Shown here: piece by piece, positions 25,806-40,427 of the stretch
Layout of the letters: every line of letters starts with the position of its first letter
How positions within the stretch are numbered: the stretch's first letter is position 1
Origin: the human T2T-CHM13v2.0 reference genome, Homo sapiens
Length of the DNA stretch: 64,000 nt
Direction: 5' to 3' (one strand)
Assembly: GCF_009914755.1 (NCBI RefSeq)
Contig: NC_060945.1
The notes under the pieces: generated by a model
What the model saw: the letters and a program-made list of their open reading frames with translations, nothing else
Database searches by the model: none
Told to the model about the DNA's origin: nothing
Position numbers and translations under genes: made by a program

Positions 25806-28800
25806 ATGACCAATGACTCATGTAATACATTTAAGCACATCAATGTGATGTATGACATCAAATATACATAGATTGATGAGTATAAGCATTTTTTTTAAAT
25901 GGAGATGCAACCTACAGTGTGTTAAAGCCTTCAAATATTATATGAAAAATACATTTTAATTTCAATAATAAGATTAGCAAGTCAACTTTTGTTAATACAT
26001 CTTCCAATGGCAATGAAGTTCATGCACCAAGTGGAAAGCATATTAGCGCCTGACACTGATTATTAAAGTTAGATTCTATATCCGATTACATTTAATTATT
26101 CAGAAGCTCTGTAGCATGTAATAAGATATCCTCAAGTATAATTAGAAGCACAGCAATATCTTTTTTAAAAAAACTATTTGTAGAATCTTAACAGCAATTA
26201 CTATATCATATAGGTTTTTCTAAGCTTTCAGGCAGGTTTTTCTAACCATTTACTGATTTCCTTTTATGGATAGATGAGTTTTCTGCTTTTGTAAAATCAA
26301 TATATAAAGGCATCTCCCCCCTCCAGCAAAAAACATTTGCCTGCTATATAATTAATTATAATTATAAGCTTTATATTGATCTTTAGTCTAAACACAACTC
26401 ACCTCTCCTGTACATGAACATTAAACACATTTCTTCAACAAAACTGTACTTAATAATGTAACACAATACCCTTAGCTTCTTTTAATAACATTCTGTTTAT
26501 AACACTTGACACAATGTGCTCTTCCTGTAAGTGAAACATGAACGCTATGTTCAGTAAGTAATACTGTATAAAATAAACAACAAGATTATATTTTTAATAT
26601 TCTGGTATAAACAAACTTGCATTCTTATAGGTTGGAAGAAAGCCATAAATACAAGGTTTATGGTATTGATTCATTTTTCAATTCAGATACATGTTTACTC
26701 TTAGCAATAAGGTAACTTTTCAATTATTCAACACATTCTCATCTTATACATGTTACAATATTAGAGGTTTGACCAAGATCTTACTTTATGTTCTTAATTC
26801 CAAATAATGACTTGAACTACCTGTTCTTTGACAAACCTAAACTAAACTACTACTTTTGATGTTAATTGATTTCCTCGTCTTATCTCTCCCAAAGGAATGC
26901 ATAAGAGCAACAAACTCTGGTATTTTTAACACCTATTTTTGTGGTAATCCTCATAGCATAATCCTGCTTTGTGAAAATACAAACCAGATATTGCTAACAT
27001 TAATCCCTTATTTTAGAGGAAAAAAGCTAACAGATAATATTTAAAATATTAGCGGAGAAAGCAATGAATTTATTTGTGATTTCAATACTGAAGTCTTTGT
27101 TACTCATTTTTAAACTATATAGCTTTCTTGTAGGGAGAGCATGTCCATTTTATGAATGTAAACCTGGCACTCTATCTAGATACTCCAACCGTGAAAGCCA
27201 AATTACAATCTCCAACTTCTCAATACAAATCCACCAATCATTTGCTCTGCAATGTTGCCCTTCACAATAGTGATGAAACTTCCTTCTTGAAAACACTTTT
27301 GAGTATTAAAATTTACTTTAAATATATATCACAGAAATAGACACTTTGTAAAGGAGGACAAGAGACTCATAATTTGTTAAATATGTTTCATGACTGTACA
27401 TAACTGGAAAATTACTGTATGGATGTCCAAAAGTTTGACTTCAAATTTGAGAAATCTAAGCTGGTAAATAACATATTTTAGCATAATTTGGCTTGTTTGG
27501 AAAAGTTGGTGGGCTGGTATGCAAATGTTGTTGGGAAAATAAGTTATGTTAAATCATCAGAGTTCTGTTATGAAGAAGAAGATACATATTGACTTCCTAA
27601 ATGTAAGAAGAAGTATAAACTCTGCAAATCTACTCAGATAGTTAGGGGCTGTTCTTTTTAAAATCCTACTTCTTTAATTATTGGAGGCAAGGGGACTTAA
27701 TGCCAGGAAATTTCTGTAAAATGTATGGCAATTCTAGGAGCATTGTAACATATATTCTCATTCTATTCAGTATTAAAATACACTACTACTATTACAGACA
27801 TTTAATTAAATTTGGTTGATGTTGGAAGAGTGGTGTCGAATGTTACATTAAACTATTTCCCAAATTGCAGTGTTTATTTATTGAATTTAAGAGGTATTAT
27901 TATGGAATTACAGCTGCATTACCACCTGTGTGACTTTTGATTGAAATTAGGAAAGTGTTGAAGGTTTGTTTCAGTTATCAGACAAATTTTTTTATCAATC
28001 ACTGACACAGCTGTGATGAGGCATACATACAGCAGCAAGAATAAGAGAAAAATAAAACAATGATGTTTTTCTTATTTTCCTTCTCAATTCTTATAAGTTA
28101 CACATGAGAAACATTAATAGGGTTATTTGGGAATGTTATGGAGTTGTGAGTATTTCACTTCTTAAGGACATGAAATGTGTATTTTTAAAAATGTGAACAC
28201 TCAAGTTTGTTTATGGTGGGAAAAAGTGCAGTTTTGTGATTAGTGGAGCATTTAGATTGTGAATAATACACAACAATAAGAATGTTTCACTTCTTTTTAT
28301 ACCCATTTTTCTCCACAAAAGTAATTCTAACCTTAAATGGTGTTTCTATAAATCTGTCACTGAATCAATATGCTTTAATGGAGATAAAATGGAACAGGAT
28401 GATGCTCCAGTGATATAATCTAATATGTCTTTAATTACTTTGAATTTCTTACTACTGTGATCAAACCATGCCAGCAATTTAAATATTTTCATTGCGTAAC
28501 ATAAAATGCTGTCCATGCAAACTAAAGAATAACATTAATTATATTCTTATATTTAAGTCTTTTCCGCATCTAAAGGTACTGAATTTAGCATGCCCTCTAG
28601 TTGAAACTTCAGTACTATTACAACATAGACTGACGACAAATCCAGTTTTATCTCTCTCCTATTGCACACCCCCCTGAAACAAGCATATTAAATTATATGA
28701 GGTTGAAAAATATCTTTATGTTTGAAAATTTAATATTTTTTCACTTGAAACAGTGTAAACCTTCAAATTGTAGCCATTGAAGATGTATTAACGTCATGAA

Positions 28801-30936
28801 CTTACAAGCCTGTGCAACATACCCACGTAGGCATGTGTGAGCACACAAATGTGGTACTAATCTCTTTGAATATGTCAGGATCAAAGAAGTTGCAACAAAA
28901 GAATAAGGAAGCCAGTTAAACATTTCTGGTGTTCCTATGTTTGTTTATTTAGTTTTCCTCAGTCCTTTTTATGTTGCTACTAAATCAATGTATCAGACAG
29001 ATTATAGCCTCAACTCTAATGATTTTGGGTGTAATGGAAAGCTTTACTATTTCAATCTGGATTAATTTAATAGCAGTACTCATGAGGCTATACCACCTTA
29101 TTTGAACCTATTGATAAAGTTTCATTATAATTGCCCCACATCTATTTCTTGCAAGAGTTCCGCAGTCTGCACTGTTAGTGCGGGCAATTATTTATTCCTC
29201 TGAAAGTAGAATGCCGTTGAGTTCTGTTTTGATAGTTGGCTTTTTCTTAATGTGTAAAATTCTCTGTAAGGGCAGATTTACTTGTGTTGCTCCTGAAAAC
29301 ATAATACAACAGATTGTGGTGTCCATTAGGTGAGATGCAAAATGTCTTCATTTGATGCTTAATACAAAGTGAAATTCTTTAAAAATTGAATTATTTCAAT
29401 AACCAAGTAATATGGAAAAAATGGAATTAAATATTTTCGTTTAATCATCAAGAAGCTGACAGTAGTCCATATGAAAAATTGCTTCTAGGACAAGCTAAGT
29501 GTTTGATGGGAGTTTGGAAGAGGCATTCAGCATTTTGTTCTCAAATAAATGTCAACAATTTAGTATTAATGCGTCCCTTAATTATCAAGTTTTCTTTTTT
29601 TTATTAGATTGACTGGCATCCCTGTTGGTATTACTAGTATATTTGTGGTAGGGCAACTATTAGCTAAACATGGGTTACTGTTTATTGCATTGAATTTCTA
29701 TTTATTATGTAGAAGGAAAGATAAACTCTCACAGCTGATTCATATATGTAAGGGATTTAGCAATATATATTCATTGAAATTTTTTTATTTACAATTTGAC
29801 ACATAATTTTCTTGAGTTCTTATTCTGGCTGTAGTACTATTACTGAATATTCTTCAGGCTAAATAGAACAATTTCCATCCCTTGCCTGCATGTACTAACT
29901 ATTCTTTCATGAAATTCTAGTGCCTATAGAGAGTTCTCCCATTTACCTCAAAGAACTCATCTATTTTGCTTAGCTCGACTTTGCTTCAAACCAGCAGATT
30001 TATCATTGGTAGAATTCAATGTTAAATAGTTTGAACATAACCTTGAAGTGAATTCTCTTCTTTCCTTGTACTCAATTACCCTCTTTGCGCTTTTCATAAA
30101 GTAAAGGACTGTGCAAAGTTGCACTGTCAGTGCAGCCAAGACCCAAGTGGTAGAAGTAGGAAATGCTCTGGGGAATACTGCAAATGTAATTTCTGCTTCT
30201 TGCTTGGAAGTCTGAAGCCAGCAACAGTCTAATAGAAACCCTTTGCTTTCTGGATGATCCATTTACAGAGTGATAAGCACTGCTGTGGAGTTAATATCAT
30301 TTCCAGAAGCAGACCTTTTCATACAGTTAACTATGTGTAAAATTGTCTTCCTTTTCTTCCTTATTTGACGTATATACCAAATTTATAACCAGTCTGGCAT
30401 GTACTTCCACTAAACATTCTGATCTTCCTCTTAGTATTTGATTTATGATCACTTGAAAAAGAGGTATGCCTAGAATGCTTTATTACATATATTTTCTTGA
30501 TACATTTTGCTTAGTTTTTTAAATTCTAATGAGTCTTTAATTTTCAAATTCATTTTTCTTAATATTTTATCATTCTAAAATGTGAAGTAATTTATCTGCT
30601 TTTTTTTCTTCTATGAACATACTCTTTTAGTGCTTGTATATTCTTCTCCATAGGGCATCATTTTCCTTACCCATACAGAGTAATGTACTGTTAATAACTC
30701 TGTATTGGAATGAACAATACTTTATATACAAAGTCCGAGTGATCCTGCCCACGTTTCCCTTTTGTTACATTGTGTCAACTCAGTTTGTTATCAATAAATC
30801 AACTTTGGAAATCTTAGCATACTACATAGTAAATTATTAACCTCGTTATTTGCAAAGTTGAAGGTTATTATCAAAATTATTCCTTTTGAGTAAGCCATTT
30901 ATGCCTAGGCTAGCCAAATATAAAAGCTGTATCATT

Positions 30937-31236
<300 letters not shown>

Positions 31237-31887
31237 CTATATCATTTATTAAATTACAAATCGGGATGCTCTTCACATTAACATTGATGATTGGATTTGT
31301 TTTTATATTGGTATCAATTTAATGCAGTAACTGTTAGATTTTTACAAATATGTGACACACATGTACCCTGGAAGTATGTATGTTTACTATGCATCAATCG
31401 ATCAATAAATAATCGAATGTGCGAGATACACTATTTTTGTTTGTCTTGTGTAACTATTCTATAAAAACAGAGCCTGTGGCAATGGAAATGTGCAGCTACT
31501 TACTAGTTGTTGAGATCTCTCACAATTTCTATATCCTCATGGAAAATCCTTGCTTAAAGAGAGAAACTTGTACTTGAATTCTTATTCTGCTACTAACCTA
31601 AGGATTAATGATTCGCTGAAACTTACTTGACTTCAATATTTCCACATATAAAATGTTGGCCAAAATACTACAGTGATTAATTTTGCCTGTATTGGCAAAA
31701 AGAAAAAAAAAAGAAAATAATCACATAAGCGCCTTAAACCTAATGGGAAATTATTGTCTTGTTGTTATAGGAATACCTGAACTAAGTGTGGCTCCAGAGC
31801 TATTTAATGCTGTGACTTGTCTGCTTCATCAGGGACTCACTTTGCTTTCACTTTTTTTTTTGCACCACCATTTTAACATTCCATCTG

Positions 31888-32194
<307 letters not shown>

Positions 32195-34788
32195 TCCGTC
32201 TGGTTTTTAATTTAGTAACATTTATTGATTCAACATGAGATAGCAATTTTGACATTCAATTTTTTGCTTCCTATTTTGTAAAGTTAAAGAAACCCTTCCC
32301 AGAAGCCCTACAGAAAGTTCCTACCAATTACTCCATGAACAGAACTGCATCACACATTTCACATCTAATCCAGTCTCTCTGGTAGGTGTACTGAAACCAC
32401 AGTGCTTAGCTGAGGTCAGTAAGGACTTGATAGTGGTGGATGCCCAAACAAACTAGAGCCTCTGGCAGCAGAAAGTAAGCAGAGATAGATGCTAGGTAGA
32501 TAATTAGAAAGACACCCTACAAATGTAGTAAGTTTGTTGTCCATGGTAGAATGAGTATATCCGTAAGTCACCCAGCACAGTAGCTGTCACATAGCGATGC
32601 TTAAAGAAAAAAGTAAACTTAAATTACTGCATTCTACCCCAATATATTGAACTTCTACAATGTTTCAGGTACCCTGAAGCCACTAGCAACATAAATGTAT
32701 TGAACACATTTGCTGAAGTCAAACACCTAATGATGGACGAGTCAAAAAATACAGTATATAAATAAAACATACAAACATATGGACATACTGACTCACAAGT
32801 TAATGATACGGATGCTATGATAAAGGGAAGCACATACTGAAATGAACAAAAATAAGAGAGTATTAATCACAGATTTGGATGCAAGAGTGAGAAGCAAGTG
32901 GGAGTCAAATCTGAGTGAATATAATGATGGTGTACTTTATTCTAAATGTATGTTTTTGCCAGTCAGGGGAAGAAGAATAAATTAGATTTTCTGGGGGAAA
33001 TCCTACACTATGAATTGTAGGGACAATCCTACTATTAGGAACATACAAGGAGAAAGGATGATTGTAGAGGTATAGGTCTCTGCTTCCGGTCATATTTGGT
33101 TAGCAGGGAAGGGCTTCATCCTTTTTCAAATGTAACAAATTTGTACTGCATGTAATATTGAAAAGATTTGTAATTTTGGTAATATTTCAATAATAGTGAA
33201 AAATATTGGCAAACTTAAATTTAGAAAATTCTAAGCAACATTAGGACACATGGTATATGTTTAACATTAAGTTAAATGAGGGTATTAAAGATATAAATAT
33301 GGTTTACATAGGAAAATAGTATATTCAAGGCAAGAAAATATTTTTCTATTTTGTTTCAACCATTTTGTAGTTTTTCTTGAGAGTAAAGATTTTCTGATTT
33401 CTAAGTTATTTTGTAGAAATTGGAATAAATGCCACAGAGGAATTTTGGCCTCATAAAGTATATCAAACACTTTATGGCTCCTGTTTCATTTTCGTACTTC
33501 CTAGTCCTTTTAAACACAGCAAACACGCCTTGGGGTTTTCCTTAAAGTCATTTTGAAAGTGTGTTTCTGCTATGACCCATCAGTATGAAATATGGTTTTC
33601 TGATAGCATGCTGGCTAAAATAAGTTTTCTTCTTTTTTTCATAGATGGATGGCAGGTTGTATATGTTAGGCCTCTCTATGTGTCTTTATGTCAAGAATTC
33701 AAACATGTTATTGAGAAATGGTGCTTTAAAATGCAAACATGCAATATAGGTTCAAAAGATCTTCTACCATGGAAGGTTATTTAATTATATTTCAAAACTA
33801 ATTTGAGGTTCAAAAGAAACAGAAGCCAAATCAACTGTTAAATTTCTATTTAACTGATTAATGTATTTACATGTTATAATGAAAACCCAACATTAAACTT
33901 AATACTTTTATTTTACACTTTACATGTGACATACCTGTCTCAAGCTCTTTTCTTTTAGGAAGTTCTGATGATTGCAGGTCACGTTCCAGTCTATGTCATA
34001 TAATGTGTTAACAAGTACCACAAATTTCCGTAGATCTTGATGCAGTGGTGTGAGATTGCATTTTTCTGTCACTTACTATATATAATTATCAGCTCTAAGT
34101 AGCCAGTTAGTACTTACATAGGATCCAGTGGCTATTCTTTTTCTGTTTCTTGCACTGCATGTGGAAAGGCATTCTCCTTCAATGCTCATAGTTTAAGTGT
34201 GATAAGCTGTTTGAAATAACAAAAACGTTTTATTTAAGGGATAAACAAAGACTGTAACAGCATAATGCAGAACAAGAAACACATTAAACACAGGTAATTA
34301 GCAAGATATACTTAAATTTTTGACACTGAAGATGTCTTGATTGCTTTCTTTCTCTTCAGATCTGAGTTTGCCAATTTCTGTTTAGCATTCCTTTTCTACT
34401 GAGACTCTTATATCATTTATTGCCCATATTTTGGGCCATAAAACAAGCTTCAACACATTTTTTAGAAAAATAAAATCATACAGAATCTGTTCTCTGATGC
34501 TGATGGAATCAAATTAGAGTTAAATACCAGGGAAATCATACAAAATTTTCACACTCAGAAATTAAGCAAGATACTTCTAAAAATACAGAGATTAAAAAAG
34601 TCTTACAAAGAACAAAAAATATGTTCGGGTAAATGAAAATAAAAAGAGAATATACCAAAATTTCTGGGATGCAGGTAAAGCAGTGCTGAGAAGGAAATTT
34701 ATAGCACTAAACACTTACATCACAAAGGTGGAAAAATCATGAATCAACCATCTAAGCTTGCAGTTTAAGAAACTAAGGAAAAAAATAT

Positions 34789-34953
34789 ATACTTAACATG
34801 GCAGAGGAGATATCATAATCACAAAGGTAGTTTTCCCAGGGCAAGCCTTATCCACTGCATTCCAGATGTGCTCACCTCTGTGGTTTCCCCAAATGTGGAA
34901 AACTGGACTGCATAATTTGTGGTAGCGGGGGACTGCATTAATACCTTCCTCTG
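34789..34953 (+). pseudogene. RNU1: U1 snRNA pseudogene (full-length retrocopy, RNU1-xP type; the specific number is not determinable)
   Basis: Aligns end to end to U1 (ATACTTA..TGGCAG.GGAGATA...GTTTTCCCAGGGC...CCCCAAATGTGG...GACTGCATAATTTGTGGTAG.GGGGGACTGC...TTCC.CTG) at roughly 85% identity by eye, with CpG decay. It is embedded in L1, and I see no PSE/DSE upstream. Confidence 0.95.
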
Positions 34954-35171
34954 GCTTTTTATTTTATTTTGTTCATTTTTTTAATTTAAAAAATAGTGAG
35001 AAAAGAAGAAAATAAGCCCAATGCCAGCAGAATGAAGGAAATAATAAAGATAATAACAGAAATAAATGAAATTGAAAAAAGAAAAAAAAAACAGAAAAAT
35101 CAATAAAGAAGTGAATTTTTTAAAAAGACCAACACAGCTGACAAGATTTTAGCACAAGTGACACAGAATTT

Positions 35172-36480
35172 TATATATATATATATATACATATAGGTCT
35201 ATATATATGTCTCTCTATATGTCTACATGTCTATATATATGTCTATGTCTATATGTCTATAGTCTATGTCTATATCTCTATATGTCTATCTGTCTATATC
35301 TATGTCTATCTATATCTATGTCTATATATATGTCTATATGTCTATATATGATGTCTATGTCTATATATGTCTATATATGTCTATATGTCTATATGTCTAT
35401 ATGTCTGTCTATATATGTCTATATGTCTATATATGTCTATAAATATGTCTATATATGTCTATATGTCTATATATGTCTATGTCTATATATATGTCTATAT
35501 ATGTCTATATGTCTGTCTATATATGTCTATATGTATGTCTATATATGTCTATATGTCTATATATGTCTATAAATGTCTATATATATGTCTATATGTCTAT
35601 ATATATGTCTATATATGTCTATATATGTCTATATATATGTCTATATATGTCTATATATGTCTATATATGTCTATGTCTATATATATGTCTATATATGTCT
35701 ATATATGTCTATATATGTCTACATATATGTCTATATATATGTCTATATATGTCTATATATATGTCTATATGTCTATATGTCTATATATATGTCTATATAT
35801 GTCTATATATGTCTATATATGTCTATATATATGTCTATATATATTCTATATATATGTCTATATGTCTATATATGTCTATATATGTCTATATATATGTCTA
35901 TATATATGTCTATATATATGTCTATATATATATGTCTATATATATGTCTATATATATGTCTATATATATGTCTATATATATATGTCTATATATATGTCTA
36001 TATATATGTCTATATATATGTCTATATATATGTCTATATATGTCTATATATATATGTCTATATATATGTCTATATATATGTCTATATATATGTCTATATA
36101 TATGTCTATATATATATGTCTATATATATGTCTATATATATGTCTATATATATGTCTATATATATATGTCTATATATATGTCTATATATATATGTCTATA
36201 TATATGTCTATATATATATGTCTATATATATGTCTATATATATATGTCTATATATATGTCTATATATATATGTCTATATATATGTCTATATATATATGTC
36301 TATATATATGTCTATATATATATGTCTATATATATGTCTATATATATATGTCTATATATATGTCTATATATATATGTCTATATATATGTCTATATATATA
36401 TGTCTATATATATGTCTATATATATGTCTATATATATGTCTATATATATATGTCTATATATATGTCTATATATATATATA
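35172..36480. repeat. ~1.3-kb TGTC(TA)n tandem array (micro/minisatellite)
   Basis: Directly visible. It explains the 391/347/313-aa MSIY/CLYI/VYIY ORFs. Confidence 0.98.
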
Positions 36481-37020
36481 TTTACCCAGAAACTCTGAGA
36501 CAGGTCTTCATTAATGCAGAAAGTTTATTTTGCCAAGGTTGAGGACACACGCCTGTGACACAGCCTCAGGAAATCCTGAGGACATGTGTCCAGGATGGTT
36601 GGGGCACAGCTTGGTTTTACACATTTTAGGGGGACATAAGACACCAATCAATATATGTCAGAAGTATGTAAGAAGAATGAGACACAAATGAACATACGTA
36701 GGAAGTACACTGGTTCAGTCTGGAAAGGTGGGACAACTCAAAGCAACTGAAAACAACTCAAAGCAAAGGCAGAAAGAAGCAAGGAGGGGCTTCCAGGTCA
36801 CAGATAAATGAGAGACAAGTGGTTACATTTTTTTGAGTTTCTGGTTAGCCTTTCCAAAGGAGGCAATCATATATGTATTTATCTCAGTGAGCAGAGAGAC
36901 AACTTTAAATAGAAAGAAAGGCAGGTTTGCCCTAATCAGTTCCCAGCTTGAATTTTCCGTTTAGCTTAGTGATTTTGGAGGCCCAAAATATCTTGGGGGC
37001 CTAAGATATTTACCTTTCTC
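36481..37020 (-). mobile_element. MER4A1-type (ERV1) solo LTR
   Basis: CTGAGACAGGTC...AGAAAGTTTATTTTGCCAAGGTTGAGGAC...GTGACACAGCCTCAGG...GGCAGGTTTGCCCTAA.CAGTTCCCAGCTTGA...TTTAGCTTAGTGATTTTGG. Confidence 0.88.
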
Positions 37021-37905
37021 TATATAGATAAGACATAGATATATAATATATATGCAAATGCAGATGTAACACACAGTAAACAGATAGGAAGAGAACACTA
37101 AGAACAAGTCTACAGACATAAATTCAGCCACTGAGATGATAATCAATTTATTAAAAAGTACAAGCTACCAAAACTCAACCAATATAAAGTAAATAATTTA
37201 AATTCCCTTGTAGCAATTAAATCAGTTGAATTTGTACTTCAAAATTTCTTCCCAAAATATATCTCCAGTTACTAATGGTTGTGCCAGAGAATTCTTTTAA
37301 AGCTTAGAGAAAAATTAACACTGATTTTATCCATTCTTCTAGAAAATGAATGAAGAAAGAACAATTTACAACTCATTTTATGAATCCAGTATTACCCACA
37401 TATTAAAATCAAACACAGGCAGTATAAAAAAGGAAAACTACAGACCAGACTTCCTCATGAACACAGGTGCAAAATATATAGCGAATAAAATATGCCAATA
37501 TATAAAATTGATTATAGACTGTGACCAGGGGCTTTTATTCCAGAGATGCAAGGCTGGTTTAGTATTTAAAATCAGTCAATATAATCCACTTTATTAATAA
37601 ATTAGAATAAAAAGATACATAATTTTATAAACTGAAAAAATTAGAAACAGAGGAAAACCTCTTCAACTTGATAAAAGACATTATAGGAAACCTACAGCTA
37701 TTATATTTAATGATTAATAACTATATTTTCTTCTTAGATCAAGAATAAGGCAAGGATATCTGTTATCACTTCTCTTATTCAACATTGTCCTGCCATAGTA
37801 TCGTTCCCATTGATTGAAAATTAAAAAAAAAACTGCCCTATTTGGTAATGATATGATTGTATATGTATAAAATTCCAAGGAATGTGCACAAAAACTTCAA
37901 TAATG

Positions 37906-38226
<321 letters not shown>

Positions 38227-38749
38227 TCAACAACTTGTAGTAAAATCACTAAATTAACATAGTTTTAGATCCTGACATGAGAAAGGTTTAGTTAAGATTA
38301 ACAACTGTGCAGGGGAACACAAAAGTAAGAAAAAGCTATTGTGCTGGTCCCGAACTTAAAAGAAAATCAAGAAATTGCCTACAGGTCCTTAGTCATTCCC
38401 CATGCACATACACAAGAAATAAAAGTGGAGGATTCAGAAAGTAGATTTTAAAAAGAAAACCAAAGCAGAAAAAAGATTGCACAGATTGCAGTGTGTAAAT
38501 GATGCCAAAATTACCACAGAAAGTTTGGAGACTACTACATGGGGAGATGCTGCAAAATCCTCAAAATATCCAACAAAAACACCTTTCCAAGATGACAGGG
38601 ACCCACACTGGGAAGAAATATCTGCAGAAAATAGACTGTCTATTTAACTGAATAGAAATATTGGAAATAAAGAAGCGAGAGAAGATGAAGATACAGTGGT
38701 TGTCTAGTTGTCTAGAGATTTATATCTCCAGGTGACTACAAAGAGAGGT

Positions 38750-39685
38750 TTGATTTATATATACATAGACCCATCTAGATGTTTTCTATAGGGAGCCTAC
38801 TATAAAGTAAAGGCTCAGGTAGAGTAAACATAAAAAGGTGGAGATGGATATACCACCATAACATTAATAAAAATAATCCTATAGTTGCTTTCTTAAATTC
38901 AGACACAGTAGAGTTTACAATACAAAAAATTATCAGTGACAAAGAGGGGTGTTATGTCATGATAAATGGGTCAGTTTTTCAAGAATACTGTAAAAAATCC
39001 TGAAGGTATATGTACCTAACAACACAGTATCAAATCATATGAGATAAAATTGGACAAAACTACAATGAGAAATTGACAAATTAATTATCATTATTTGAGA
39101 CTTCAATACCTCTCTCAGCAACTGATTGATTAAGCGAGTAGAAAATAAGAATAGTGGTTGACCTGAACAGCATCATCAATTAACTTCATCCAATCGACAT
39201 TGATAAGAGTATTTCATTCAACGACAATAAAATACACATTCTTCTCAATTTCACATGGAACAATCAGCAAGATAGACCATATTGTGGACCATAAAACACC
39301 TTAAAACAATTGAGGAATGAAAATTATGCAAAATATGTTCTGAGACCAAAGTGGAATTAAACTAGTAATCAATTACAGAAAGATAGCTGGAAAATCACCA
39401 AATATTTGGACATTAAAGAACACACTCCTATATAATACATGGATCAAAAATGTCTCAAGAGAAATTTAAAAATATTTCAAACTATTAAAAATAATAAAAA
39501 CTTATCAAAACTTCTAAGATTTAGCAAAGGTAGTGCTTAGGAAGATATTTATAGCATTACATGCATATATTAAAAAAGATGAAGGATTGAAAATCAGTCA
39601 TCTACACTTCCACTTTGGGAATGGAGAGAAAGGAGCAATTTAACTCTAAAGAAGCAAAACAAAACAAACAATAAAACATAAAGAT
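38750..39685 (+). mobile_element. Old L1 ORF2 endonuclease-domain fragment
   Basis: GACAAAGAGGGGTGTTATGTCATGATAAATGGGTCA, TATATGTACCTAAC, GAGACTTCAATACC and AAGATAGACCATAT (DKEG/YAP/GDFN/IDH-like EN motifs, degenerate). Confidence 0.85.
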
Positions 39686-40123
39686 AACAAGTAGGATATA
39701 CTTTCTCAAACCTCGGCCATTACAATGTGTCTTCTTACAATTTTGAAACTGGGGTTGAGAGAGTCAGACACGTTTGTTTGTCACAAAAACCATCATCTTG
39801 ATCCTCGTCCTTGTCTCCTCCTACTCCTCTCCCTTCTCCTTCCTCACAATAACCAAGGATATGAATAGCTGTAGGCTATTTAGCATGACCATTTTAAAAC
39901 AAATGCTCATATTATCTTTCTTTAAAAACATTTTAGTTGGAAACTAGAAGCTTACATTTGGATGCATCTATCTGTTCTGTGAAATTCTTTATTAAATGAA
40001 CAACATGGATCAAATTTAGTTATATGAGAATTACCATGATGTAACCATGAAGGAATATGATGATATTTAGAAAAATATTACACTAGAAATTGAGCTACCT
40101 ATTCTGAACACTTCATATTGTGA

Positions 40124-40427
<304 letters not shown>

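Larger units (their letters stand above)
34420..37905 (+). mobile_element. Old L1 ORF2 fragment interrupted by a U1 copy, a tandem array and a MER4 LTR
   Basis: CATATTTTGGGCCATAAAACAAGC...TTTCTGGGATGCAGGTAAAGCAGTGCTGAGAAGGAAATTTATAGCAC (34420-35170) resumes at 37130-37905 with AACTCATTTTATGAATCCAG, AAAACTACAGACCA and CTCTTATTCAACATTGT. Confidence 0.85.

Noticed and set aside
29957-30262. 101-aa minus-strand ORF in unique DNA
   Set aside because: No family similarity that I recognise and no supporting exon structure. The length is compatible with chance.
35207-36542. Long ORFs of 121-391 aa
   Set aside because: They are translations of the TGTC(TA)n array, which lacks stop codons on the + strand. 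Low complexity, with no protein signature.
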